Source of the DNA: Candidatus Latescibacterota bacterium | GTDB lineage: Bacteria; Latescibacterota; UBA2968 | Length of the DNA stretch: 64,000 nucleotides | Direction of reading: 5' to 3' | Assembly: GCA_965208125.1 (NCBI GenBank) | Contig: OZ242320.1 | Coordinates: 768,001 to 832,000 of the forward strand | In this document: positions 51,656 to 60,287 of the stretch, one piece after another | How positions within the stretch are numbered: position 1 is the stretch's first letter | Layout of the letters: every line of letters begins with the position of its first letter | Position numbers and translations under genes: made by a program | The notes under the pieces: model-generated | What the model saw: the letters and a program-made list of their open reading frames with translations, nothing else | Databases searched by the model: none | What the model was told of the DNA's origin: nothing

Positions 51656-52915
51656 TCACCTTAAACCGCTCACCTTCCCAACCGGGAACATCGCGATATC
51701 GTGGGAACGATCGATATTCAGATGCTTACCAGCCACATCGGCAAACACAGAACGGAAATCCGTCGTCACGGGCAAATCGCGCCGATCTTCGAGCGCATCT
51801 TTCACCAGCTTCTCTGGCACATTCCCGTGGATCTTTCCGCCAGCCACGTTATTCCCCAGCACAAACAAACACGACCCGCGGCCGTGATCCGTACCCAGAG
51901 AACCATTCTGATGCACTGTGCGACCAAATTCCGTCATCGTCATCAGCACAACATCGTCCTGATACGTACCCAAATCCGTCCAGAATGCCGCGATAGACTT
52001 GGACATCTCATCTGCCCTGCGCTGGAAAGAACCAGTCGTTGTGCCCTGCTGAACATGGGTATCCCAACCGCCAGTCTCGGTAAAGGCAACCTCAAGCCCC
52101 ACATCCGACTTGATCAGCAACGCGATCTGTTGCAGCCTGCGACCCAATGCCGTATTGGGATATTCCGCACCTTCGGCGGGCTTGTAATTATGCACGCCGA
52201 TCTTTTCCAACAACTCAATCGCATCAAAACTCTCCCGGCTCACCCTCTGAACCAGGCGTTTGGCACTCCGCGCATACATCGCCTCAAACCCTTCCTCCAC
52301 CTGTTCGGCCCCCTGCGGATTATTCGGCATCTGAATGCCAAAGGAACGCAGATCATCCACTGCAATCGAAGGCTCCTTCCCGTAAAATGCGCGCGGCAAC
52401 GCTCTGGTCAATGCCACAGACCGGAAGGGCGTACCCTCGTGACCGAGCAAACCCACTGCCCGATTGAGCCAACCCGTCCGCGTACCTTTCACACCAGGCG
52501 TCCCATTTTCCATGTAATCCTGGGCGTCAAAGTGCGACCGCGTCTTATTCGGCGAGCCTACGCCGTGGACAATAGCCAGGCGACCTTCTTTGTACAGCGG
52601 TGCCAGATCCACAAAAGAGGGATGCAATGCAAAACGACCATCCAGATCCGTCAGCTTGTTGTTCGGATCGGTCAGGTGCATAAACAAATTGGGGCGCGCC
52701 TCGGCGAGTGCCGGATCGTTAAACGGCGTCACCGCCATCAAACCATCCATAGCCCCGCGCTGGAAAATCGTCACCAGCACTTTGCGACGGCTATGTGCCA
52801 GCGGATTATTCGCAGCATCAGCCGCGCGGCTCAAGAACAGCGGCGTACCGCCAAACGAGGCAGAAAACAATGCCAATCCGCTGCCCTTCATAAATGCTCT
52901 TCGAGTCCATTCCAT
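51656..52915 (-). CDS. DUF1501 family protein with Tat signal
   Basis: TRRAFMK twin-arginine motif, RGAMDGL, RSHF, GGWDTH, EFGR, GTDHG, DFR. Confidence 0.92.
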   Translation of the reverse strand: MEWTRRAFMKGSGLALFSASFGGTPLFLSRAADAANNPLAHSRRKVLVTIFQRGAMDGLMAVTPFNDPALAEARPNLFMHLTDPNNKLTDLDGRFALHPSFVDLAPLYKEGRLAIVHGVGSPNKTRSHFDAQDYMENGTPGVKGTRTGWLNRAVGLLGHEGTPFRSVALTRALPRAFYGKEPSIAVDDLRSFGIQMPNNPQGAEQVEEGFEAMYARSAKRLVQRVSRESFDAIELLEKIGVHNYKPAEGAEYPNTALGRRLQQIALLIKSDVGLEVAFTETGGWDTHVQQGTTTGSFQRRADEMSKSIAAFWTDLGTYQDDVVLMTMTEFGRTVHQNGSLGTDHGRGSCLFVLGNNVAGGKIHGNVPEKLVKDALEDRRDLPVTTDFRSVFADVAGKHLNIDRSHDIAMFPVGKVSGLR

Positions 52916-52936
52916 AACGCTATCTCCTTTCCGAGT

Positions 52937-54730
52937 TTATCGGTATTGAAATTCCGGCGACCCCAGCAACATACTGATCACCTGAACGTCTTTGCGTTCG
53001 GCATCTGCGGGAATCGTCTGTTTAACCTCTGACGCAATAGCACTGGTATCCTGTGCTGGCAACAGCAACTTGCTATACATCGCCAGTGCCTCTTCCGTTG
53101 TCAGACCAGCACTCTCCTCAGGCAATTGCTTCAATTCAATCCCTCTGATTCTGCCCATAGCCAGATGGATACCAAAATTCATTCGCGCAATCAGCGTACC
53201 CGAATTTGCCCACGACTCGGCATAATCCGGAAAACCCGTAGGTGGCAAATAACCATACAGCGGCTCGCCCATGCGATCAAACCAGCGCATTATCGGCTGT
53301 GGATTCTTCACATCGGCTTCCAGCGCGCGAAGAGAACTCACCACCACTTCTAACGGCGACTTCATCTTGCTGCGCTTCTTCGCCTCTGCCCAAAACACGC
53401 GGGACTGCGCCAACGTAGCCACCACAGCAGCGATATCCCCATCGGTTTTGGTAAAGGTTTCCGCCATCTCATCAATCAGATCATCCGACGGTGCATCGTT
53501 TACAAAACGACGCGCCAACTTGGTCGAAATAAAACGCGCAGTTGAGGGATGACTGGTCAGCATATCCAGAACGCGCTCGCCCTCTTCCAGACCACCACCT
53601 GCAGGGAACTTCTCACCCAACACCACCTTGGCCTTGTCGTCGTGCCACGATTTGCGGAACACAAATTCGCCCTGAAGAATGTTATTTTGATTCCCATTGG
53701 CCATTTGTTTTTTGATATTTTCGCGTCCCCTTCCATAAGGTGCCGCAGCCCATCCGGTCAACACACGCGCGACCTCGGTAACATCCTGCTGCGTGTATCC
53801 ACCATCCACACCCAGCGTGTGCAACTCCATCAACTCGCGGGCATAATTCTCATTCAAACCGTACTTGCGCCTGCGTTGTGGAGGAGGAGTCTGCGCCTTT
53901 GCGGGAGCCTTCTCAGGAGCTTTTGCCATCTCACCACCCATATCGCCATCCATCCCACCATCCATACCCATCTCACCCGATGCCACTTCCTTCTTTGGCT
54001 CGGGCTTTGCCTGCTCCCTCTCCGATGGCGGCGCCATACGCGACTGTGCATTATCCAGATAATACAACATCGCCGGATGCTTCGCCGTCGCACCCAAAAT
54101 CACGCGGAACTTGCCCAACACATTGGGGCGAATCGCATCGCGCTCATAGGAAAGTGTGCGACTGCGCGCCCCACCATCGCGCGTAGTCACATTAAAGTGA
54201 TTGAACCAGAAATCCGTCATCACCTCAGTGAGCTGATTCTCGCTATACACAGCCCGCATCAGCTTCTGCCCCTTCAGTTCCTGATTGGACAGCATGCCAT
54301 AAGGACGCAACCCGTGCTCTTTGCGATACGCGTTTATCTTTTCATTCATCTCTTTGCGAGGCGTCTTCGCGGGATCAATCAACCCCGCTTTCGCCACCAT
54401 TCTGCGAATCCGCCCATTCTGCACATAAACTGCGGCCATCTCTTCCTGGGTCATTTTCAGTGCGGGAAATGCTTCCAATCGTTTCTCCAACGCCGCATCT
54501 GGCAAATTGCCCTTCAACTGCTGAGCCAGCCACTTCTCTGGACCCATCTTCGCCACTTTTTCCACTTCACCTGGACGCGCACCAAAGGCAAAACGCTCCA
54601 GAAGATACGCTGCAGCCTGCTCCTTACTCAGCCCCTCTGCCTTGTAGGGCAGTTGCAAATCGGCATTTGCCGGAGCCACCGCAAGCAACGCACCGCAGCA
54701 CAAAACAGCGAGTGCAACGCGCAATATCAT
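52937..54730 (-). CDS. DUF1800 family protein (copy A, directly upstream of DUF1501)
   Basis: Same motifs as copy C. AAGGAGG RBS before ATG 54730. Confidence 0.92.
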   Translation of the reverse strand: MILRVALAVLCCGALLAVAPANADLQLPYKAEGLSKEQAAAYLLERFAFGARPGEVEKVAKMGPEKWLAQQLKGNLPDAALEKRLEAFPALKMTQEEMAAVYVQNGRIRRMVAKAGLIDPAKTPRKEMNEKINAYRKEHGLRPYGMLSNQELKGQKLMRAVYSENQLTEVMTDFWFNHFNVTTRDGGARSRTLSYERDAIRPNVLGKFRVILGATAKHPAMLYYLDNAQSRMAPPSEREQAKPEPKKEVASGEMGMDGGMDGDMGGEMAKAPEKAPAKAQTPPPQRRRKYGLNENYARELMELHTLGVDGGYTQQDVTEVARVLTGWAAAPYGRGRENIKKQMANGNQNNILQGEFVFRKSWHDDKAKVVLGEKFPAGGGLEEGERVLDMLTSHPSTARFISTKLARRFVNDAPSDDLIDEMAETFTKTDGDIAAVVATLAQSRVFWAEAKKRSKMKSPLEVVVSSLRALEADVKNPQPIMRWFDRMGEPLYGYLPPTGFPDYAESWANSGTLIARMNFGIHLAMGRIRGIELKQLPEESAGLTTEEALAMYSKLLLPAQDTSAIASEVKQTIPADAERKDVQVISMLLGSPEFQYR

Positions 54731-54744
54731 AGCAACCCTCCTTA

Positions 54745-54906
54745 GAAGCTGTCTTAAAACCCCCAGCGGCCTCAGCACGGCTGCAAAAGCGTCGGCCTGC
54801 GTTGGTCAAACCCACCCGTATCTTGATGATATGGGTGGGTCCTCCCGCCTTGTCCGACACTTTTTCGCTCGCCCTGAGAACTCACCGGGATTTTTAAAAC
54901 ACCTTC
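54745..54906. mobile_element. MITE-like element (162 bp, 15-bp TIRs, TTA target duplication)
   Basis: Left end gaagctgtcttaaaa versus reverse complement of right end gaaggtgttttaaaa (13/15). TTA at 54742-54744 and 54907-54909. Internal hairpin acccacccgtat..atatgggtgggt. Confidence 0.75.
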
Positions 54907-54978
54907 TTAAAAAATTCCCCAAAGGGAATGGCATCTGTGAATATTTACAATAAAATATATCACAATACCTAATGGATC

Positions 54979-55024
54979 AATACAATTATACAATTTTATA
55001 CAATAATTATACAACTTTATACAA
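54979..55024. promoter_or_regulatory. Phased TATACAA direct repeats, a putative operator array in the AT-rich promoter of the DUF1800/1501 locus
   Basis: TATACAA at 54987, 54997, 55008 and 55018 (spacing 10/11/10). Confidence 0.55.
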
Positions 55025-55030
55025 TTCTTC

Positions 55031-56353
55031 TCAGAACAAATCTGCCGGAACGGGCCTGACAATAATCGAGTCAACCCCAAAGCCTTCCAACTGCTGGGGA
55101 TTCAGCGGGGCTTGCCTGTACTGCAGGATATAAGACGAGCCGCCCTGTGTCAGGTTCACGGTCAAAATATCGCCCTCTTTGCTGAAATCCACATCGGAGG
55201 CCGTCACATAAGTCAGATTCACGCCATCTGGCGCACCGCCTCGCAACGTGCCATTGAGCACGGGCACGCCGTTCTCAATCACATACCCCGCACGCCTGTT
55301 GAAGAACCGGGATTCATCGGCATGCGTGGAAAACTCAAGCGGCCTGGCAAACGTGATTTCCACCAAACCGTGTTCTATGACCGGGCCATTCTCGATGAGG
55401 GGATCCTCCACGCCAGCGGCTGGCACATGGCCAGATGGCGCGCGGTGGCGAGGGCTACGACGCTCCAGAACAGGTATCCACTGGATATCCAGTGAAGCTG
55501 GAATGCTCGGGAAGGGGTCTTCGGAATCCATCCATGTGCCATTGAGATGAGAATCTTGCAAAAACCATGTGCCGGAATACGGCATGTCATGGGTCTCCAG
55601 TTCTGCAACCACATCAGCTGGGGGGGCATAAGTGGCATAGCGTATGCCCTGACCGTCCTGCACCCACATAATCATCTGATGAGGGCGAGGGTCTTCATAG
55701 GGCCAGGGGCTATTAAAATAAACAGCCGTTCGGAGATTGCGGTTTTCAAACGAGCGGTTGTCTGGGCTCTGAGCATTTGGGATAGCAATGCGAACGCGCC
55801 CATTACCCAGCACTGTCACACGGCTATCTTCCTCGGCTCCGGGCAACACGCGTACCAGAGTATTGGGTTGGTTCAATGCCTGAGATGTATTCGGCGGTGC
55901 CGGGCTTGTATAATTGCCCACACGATTGGACAATTCACCGATCATCGGCAACCTGGGACCGATCAGCCAAATATAAAACGCACCGAGTGACAGTCTATTA
56001 CGCTCGTGGTTATTGTGATTATATTCAATGCGAAGCTGGTCGCGCGTGCCATTTACTGAACGCATATAATGCCGCACGGTCTTCTCATACGTCACAGACG
56101 CCATTGGCGGTGCTGCAAGCGGTGGATTGTACACAAATACCACCGTGCCATAATCCGATGCAGCCGCCGTAAAAATGATATGCCGGGGCGTGCCCTGAGG
56201 CGGATCGGCGACATCTATGGCACTGCCCCCATTCGTCCCGGAAATCAGCCGATAGCTGCCGCGCCACTCCTCGGTAGGCTCAACCGGGATATCCCGGGTA
56301 CATCCCGTCGCGCCCACCACGCCAATCAGACAAATCAATAAAAACTTACGCAT
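55031..56353 (-). CDS. Hypothetical lipoprotein, 440 aa
   Basis: Lipobox GATGC, AGGAGG RBS, beta-rich and Pro-rich. No recognised family. Confidence 0.8.
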   Translation of the reverse strand: MRKFLLICLIGVVGATGCTRDIPVEPTEEWRGSYRLISGTNGGSAIDVADPPQGTPRHIIFTAAASDYGTVVFVYNPPLAAPPMASVTYEKTVRHYMRSVNGTRDQLRIEYNHNNHERNRLSLGAFYIWLIGPRLPMIGELSNRVGNYTSPAPPNTSQALNQPNTLVRVLPGAEEDSRVTVLGNGRVRIAIPNAQSPDNRSFENRNLRTAVYFNSPWPYEDPRPHQMIMWVQDGQGIRYATYAPPADVVAELETHDMPYSGTWFLQDSHLNGTWMDSEDPFPSIPASLDIQWIPVLERRSPRHRAPSGHVPAAGVEDPLIENGPVIEHGLVEITFARPLEFSTHADESRFFNRRAGYVIENGVPVLNGTLRGGAPDGVNLTYVTASDVDFSKEGDILTVNLTQGGSSYILQYRQAPLNPQQLEGFGVDSIIVRPVPADLF

Positions 56354-56376
56354 CTTTTGATTCCTCCTGTCGGAAG

Positions 56377-56406
56377 GTAACGGGCGACCACAAGGGTCGC
56401 CCCTAC
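56377..56406. repeat. REP-like palindrome
   Basis: gggcgacc-acaag-ggtcgccc-CTAC. Confidence 0.72.
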
Positions 56407-56410
56407 CGCC

Positions 56411-57418
56411 TTAGAACGTTCCCGAAAGCGTCAAACGCAGCGGTCGCTCTTTAATCACACCGCCGATATCGCTATACGAAACATCCACACTTATCTTGCG
56501 CTCTTCGCTCACATTGAGATTCAAACCCGCTCCCACGCTCCAGGTCTCCACATCGTACCTGAACTTATAACCAGCGCGGAGTGCCAGCAGATTTTGTATC
56601 CACAACTCGCCACCAATGTGATCGCGCTCTCCGTAATCGCGGAAAAACACATGCTCATAAGCACCCGTCAGATAAAGCGGATCGCCCTGCTTGCCAATCA
56701 ACTCCATCGCAGCGGCCAGATTGTAGAAAAACGGCAGGCGATAATCCTCGGTCAGCACTTCCTTATTGCCGCCCAGATTGCTGATGGTCATGCCCACGCG
56801 CAGACTCTTGAAACCCGTGTAAAAGATCGTGCCGATATCAAATGTCGTGGAACTCACATTGATGATATGAAGCTGGGACCGCACATAGCGCAGGCGAAAA
56901 CCCATCGAAAACTTATCGGTCAGTTGCTTGGCAAAAGACGCCGCAACCGAAAAATCACCCAGCTTGATATTGCGCCCCGTGCCATCGGGTTGCATGGGCG
57001 TGGTCTCTTCCACATCGGGATATGTAAACGTGCGAAAAGAGACACCCACAACGCCTATGGGAATGCGATAGGCAAAACCCGCAGCCCCCATCCTGGTGCC
57101 CACCAGCCACTCGTTATAAGAGGCCAGATATGCCATATTGTCGATATGCACCAGCCCGGCTGCATTCTGGAATATCGAGTGAATATCTCGCGATGTGCCC
57201 ACATTGGCATCGGCCATGCCCGCCAGGCGCGCAGATGCCGAAATTTTCAAAAGCGCGAAGCCACTGCGCGCAATGCGGTTACCCTTATCGCCTTCCGAGC
57301 GAAAATGCCCTTCCGCAGCTATGGGTTCCAGATCATCAAAGCCTGCCACATCCTGAGCCATGGCACTTTGAGGGCTGAGAAAAAGCGCGATAGCCGCTAT
57401 CCAGATCAAATGTTTCAT
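56411..57418 (-). CDS. PorV/PorQ-like (UPF0164) outer-membrane beta-barrel
   Basis: Signal peptide, LLKI..SAR..GM..A...NAAGL N-terminal motif, DIG..Y.TGF, LALRAGY, terminal Phe. Confidence 0.82.
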   Translation of the reverse strand: MKHLIWIAAIALFLSPQSAMAQDVAGFDDLEPIAAEGHFRSEGDKGNRIARSGFALLKISASARLAGMADANVGTSRDIHSIFQNAAGLVHIDNMAYLASYNEWLVGTRMGAAGFAYRIPIGVVGVSFRTFTYPDVEETTPMQPDGTGRNIKLGDFSVAASFAKQLTDKFSMGFRLRYVRSQLHIINVSSTTFDIGTIFYTGFKSLRVGMTISNLGGNKEVLTEDYRLPFFYNLAAAMELIGKQGDPLYLTGAYEHVFFRDYGERDHIGGELWIQNLLALRAGYKFRYDVETWSVGAGLNLNVSEERKISVDVSYSDIGGVIKERPLRLTLSGTF

Positions 57419-57445
57419 AATTTGCTCCTCAATAATGACCAATGA

Positions 57446-60190
57446 TCAATTGACAATCACAAACAGACCCTTCTGGATCTGACCCTCACTCGAGGGATGG
57501 TGCGACTCAATCGCCCAGATATACGTGCCGGCATTGAGACGACCGCGCGTATTGGCATTCAAGCCCACCGTGTGCGTATCCCACTCGATTTCGCCGCGCG
57601 CCACCGGGTTGCCCCTCTGGGGATCAAGCGTATCAAAAGTCTGACGCCACGCCAGATCGCCCGTCAGCGTGTAGATATACAGCGTACACCGGCTCGGCAC
57701 ATTGACCCAGCGGATGCGAGGCGCGCCATAACTGTGCTCATCCCTGCCCTGTACCCAGGGGTTGGGCACCACCCTGATCGGCAGCGACATGGTTTCGTTT
57801 TCATGGTTGAGCAAGGCAGAAGTTAGCCGAGGCACAAGGCCATCGGCGGGGTGCCGATACTGATTGCGCTCATCCGAATGCCCGGTTTCCAATCCCTGCT
57901 CATCAAAAGCGCGTATTGAATAGTGATAAATAAAACCGATATCGGGTTCTGGATCGATAAACCTGTAGGTACCCCAGCGGAAGGGACCATCGACCTCGGC
58001 TTCGGCGGGATCTTCCTGGCCTTCTGCCCAGGGTTGATTGTCAAAAGAAGCCCCTGGAGGCGCATCTGGGGGCAACTGCCGCTCGCCTTCGGGTCCCACT
58101 GCCTTGGGAATCGTCGCCAGCAATTTCCACGGTCCAGCCCGCATAAAATCAGAGCGATAAACCCGATAACCCAGCACATCGGGACGCCCCAGATCCGGAT
58201 CGATCGCCGTATCGGCAATGCCAGACCAGTCCAGTTCGAGATCGCCTTGCAGGTTTGTAAACCCATTCACCTTCACATCGGGCGGTTGGTTAAGCCCGTC
58301 AAAACCCAGGTCATACAGCCTTTGCGCCTCATTGCCATGCGCATAAATCGCTTCCAGACCCAGTTCCAATTCGGGAATCAGGCTCTGCTGCTGCCAGTTC
58401 CACTCGTAAGGACGCGCGTACCCGCTGGTATCCATGCGATACTTTGCAGAATTGGACCCCATACCCCCTACATAAGCGATCACCACTTTGGCCTTGTCGC
58501 CGGGACCCAGGATATAAGGACCATAAACCTGTGCATCGATCCACGCACCCAATTCTTCATTGTCGTGGTATTGCACCATGCGATCTGTATCATTTTCCCC
58601 GAGCACGCCAGCAGCATCGCTGTAGATGTCGAACAATTGATTCTCGCCGTGCGTACCGCCATGCGGATCATCGCCCAGTGCCGAAGAATACATGCGCCAC
58701 CTGAACACAGCGTGCGGCTGTGGTCCCTGAGGCAGTACATAACCGCCTTTTCTATCCAGTGCATTGAACGGATGATCGGCTGTACCCGTCGCAATCGGCA
58801 TCATCCCGATATACTGCGGAGAAAGCAAGGTGCCATCTATAATATTAGATGTTGACACGTATTGATGCTGTGCGCGAGACCGGGTATAAGGCTCTCCGTA
58901 GTCATCCCACAATCGGGCAACCGCATCGCCATCATAGATATACGTCAGGTGCATTGGCGAGCCCTTGTAGTTGTAGGCATAGTCCGGATGTTCGTAATTG
59001 TCCGCCTGTGTATAGCGCCAGTAATCGTCTTGCGTGGAGGGTTGCACAAAATTCCACGCATTCGAATTCGAACCGCCAGCAGGCACCCAGTCAGCACCTG
59101 TCTTGCTGGCGATAAACCCGTTCTTGACCACAATATAGACTTCGTCGAGTTGTTTGGGATACCCGGGATCAGTACTGCCATCGCCATCTGTATCGCCATT
59201 ATTCCAGAACTCCATCTCCGTGATCAAAAAGTCATCGTAATCACCCGTGGTCATAATCGACGACTGCTTGCCATTGGGAGCAGGCACGGGGATCATCACG
59301 TCATTATCCGTACCCGGCGTGGAATACGCATGCACCATCCGCTTCACCGTAATACCCGAAGCCTGTGACCAGCCCGTCACCAGCAGATTCTCGCCGAACA
59401 ACTCGGGCGACAAACGCGGATCATTGGTCGCGACGCCATTCGACCGCATCTGATTCAACCCCGCGCGCACCCTTCTGTAGGACGACTCCAGCATCTGCTT
59501 GAACCCCTCTTTGTTCAATGGATAAAACCCGTACCCCCAGTTGTAATAATCTATTGGCTCCACTTTGTCGGGACCAGGTGGAAAACCGCGTTGCCCCAAA
59601 CCACCATAAGTACCGACAGCATACTGGTATTCCACAGGTTCGCCATTCACAAAATTGTGCGTGATTCTCATATTTCTCATGCGGGGCCAGTAAAGCGCGG
59701 CATTTTGTCCGTAATTGAACAGATTAAATGGACGACCGCCAGCCCGCCAAACAGACCGCCAAATCGATGCAATGCTTTCGACATTGTTGCGCGGATTGTG
59801 CTGGACCGGGAAAATATCTGCGGATGGCTGACGGGGACCTCCCTGAGATACATATTTGCGCCCATCATTTGTGCGCGCCATCACCCACACGCCATTGCCA
59901 CGCGAACAATCCTGTCGATTAAATCGATTCACAATACCCGATCGATAGGTCGAAGTCCACCGGCCGGGATAAGCCATGCCGACTTCGGGACCAAAGATGT
60001 TGCCACCATCCAGCGAATGCCCCAGGGTGCCATTGTTGCGCATCGACAACCAGAGTTTCGAGCGATTGGTCGTGCGGCGGCGCGTGCGCTGCTGCGCCTC
60101 GGCATCGATTATTGTCCACAACTCCGATGCACCCCACAGCACCACAAAGGCGAGCAACACCCGCGTAAATCTCTTAAATATCCGTTGCAT
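57446..60190 (-). CDS. Large secreted protein with FN3-like domain and T9SS-CTD-like C-terminus
   Basis: Signal peptide; PP..L.W...GYRVYRS...Y.YSIRAFD; C-terminal VVPNP..IRW.NVP..CTLYIYTLTGD..W...AG.YI...KGLFVIVN. Confidence 0.78.
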   Translation of the reverse strand: MQRIFKRFTRVLLAFVVLWGASELWTIIDAEAQQRTRRRTTNRSKLWLSMRNNGTLGHSLDGGNIFGPEVGMAYPGRWTSTYRSGIVNRFNRQDCSRGNGVWVMARTNDGRKYVSQGGPRQPSADIFPVQHNPRNNVESIASIWRSVWRAGGRPFNLFNYGQNAALYWPRMRNMRITHNFVNGEPVEYQYAVGTYGGLGQRGFPPGPDKVEPIDYYNWGYGFYPLNKEGFKQMLESSYRRVRAGLNQMRSNGVATNDPRLSPELFGENLLVTGWSQASGITVKRMVHAYSTPGTDNDVMIPVPAPNGKQSSIMTTGDYDDFLITEMEFWNNGDTDGDGSTDPGYPKQLDEVYIVVKNGFIASKTGADWVPAGGSNSNAWNFVQPSTQDDYWRYTQADNYEHPDYAYNYKGSPMHLTYIYDGDAVARLWDDYGEPYTRSRAQHQYVSTSNIIDGTLLSPQYIGMMPIATGTADHPFNALDRKGGYVLPQGPQPHAVFRWRMYSSALGDDPHGGTHGENQLFDIYSDAAGVLGENDTDRMVQYHDNEELGAWIDAQVYGPYILGPGDKAKVVIAYVGGMGSNSAKYRMDTSGYARPYEWNWQQQSLIPELELGLEAIYAHGNEAQRLYDLGFDGLNQPPDVKVNGFTNLQGDLELDWSGIADTAIDPDLGRPDVLGYRVYRSDFMRAGPWKLLATIPKAVGPEGERQLPPDAPPGASFDNQPWAEGQEDPAEAEVDGPFRWGTYRFIDPEPDIGFIYHYSIRAFDEQGLETGHSDERNQYRHPADGLVPRLTSALLNHENETMSLPIRVVPNPWVQGRDEHSYGAPRIRWVNVPSRCTLYIYTLTGDLAWRQTFDTLDPQRGNPVARGEIEWDTHTVGLNANTRGRLNAGTYIWAIESHHPSSEGQIQKGLFVIVN

Positions 60191-60210
60191 AAGCTAACTC
60201 CTTATTAAAT

Positions 60211-60286
60211 AGCGGTCAGCAATCGGCTTTTCCGCCGTACGGGCAGGTTTGAAACCTGCCCGTACGTTGACCGCTGAAAGCTGAGC
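60211..60286. repeat. Nested REP-like hairpin with heptamer-repeat flanks
   Basis: Perfect 15-bp arms cgtacgggcaggttt-g-aaacctgcccgtacg, inside an agcggtcagc / gttgaccgct pair. Confidence 0.7.
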
Positions 60287-60287
60287 T

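Noticed and set aside
47928-54730. Diversity-generating retroelement or invertase shufflon as the cause of DUF1800 variation
   Set aside because: No reverse transcriptase or recombinase in the window, all copies are in direct orientation, and differences are not visibly adenine-specific.
54745-54906. Riboswitch in the DUF1800 leader
   Set aside because: No recognisable aptamer consensus; TIRs and a target duplication fit a MITE better. An Rfam scan would settle it.
54979-55024. CRISPR array or replication origin
   Set aside because: Repeats are only 7 bp with 3-4-bp gaps; no cas genes, DnaA boxes or rep gene.
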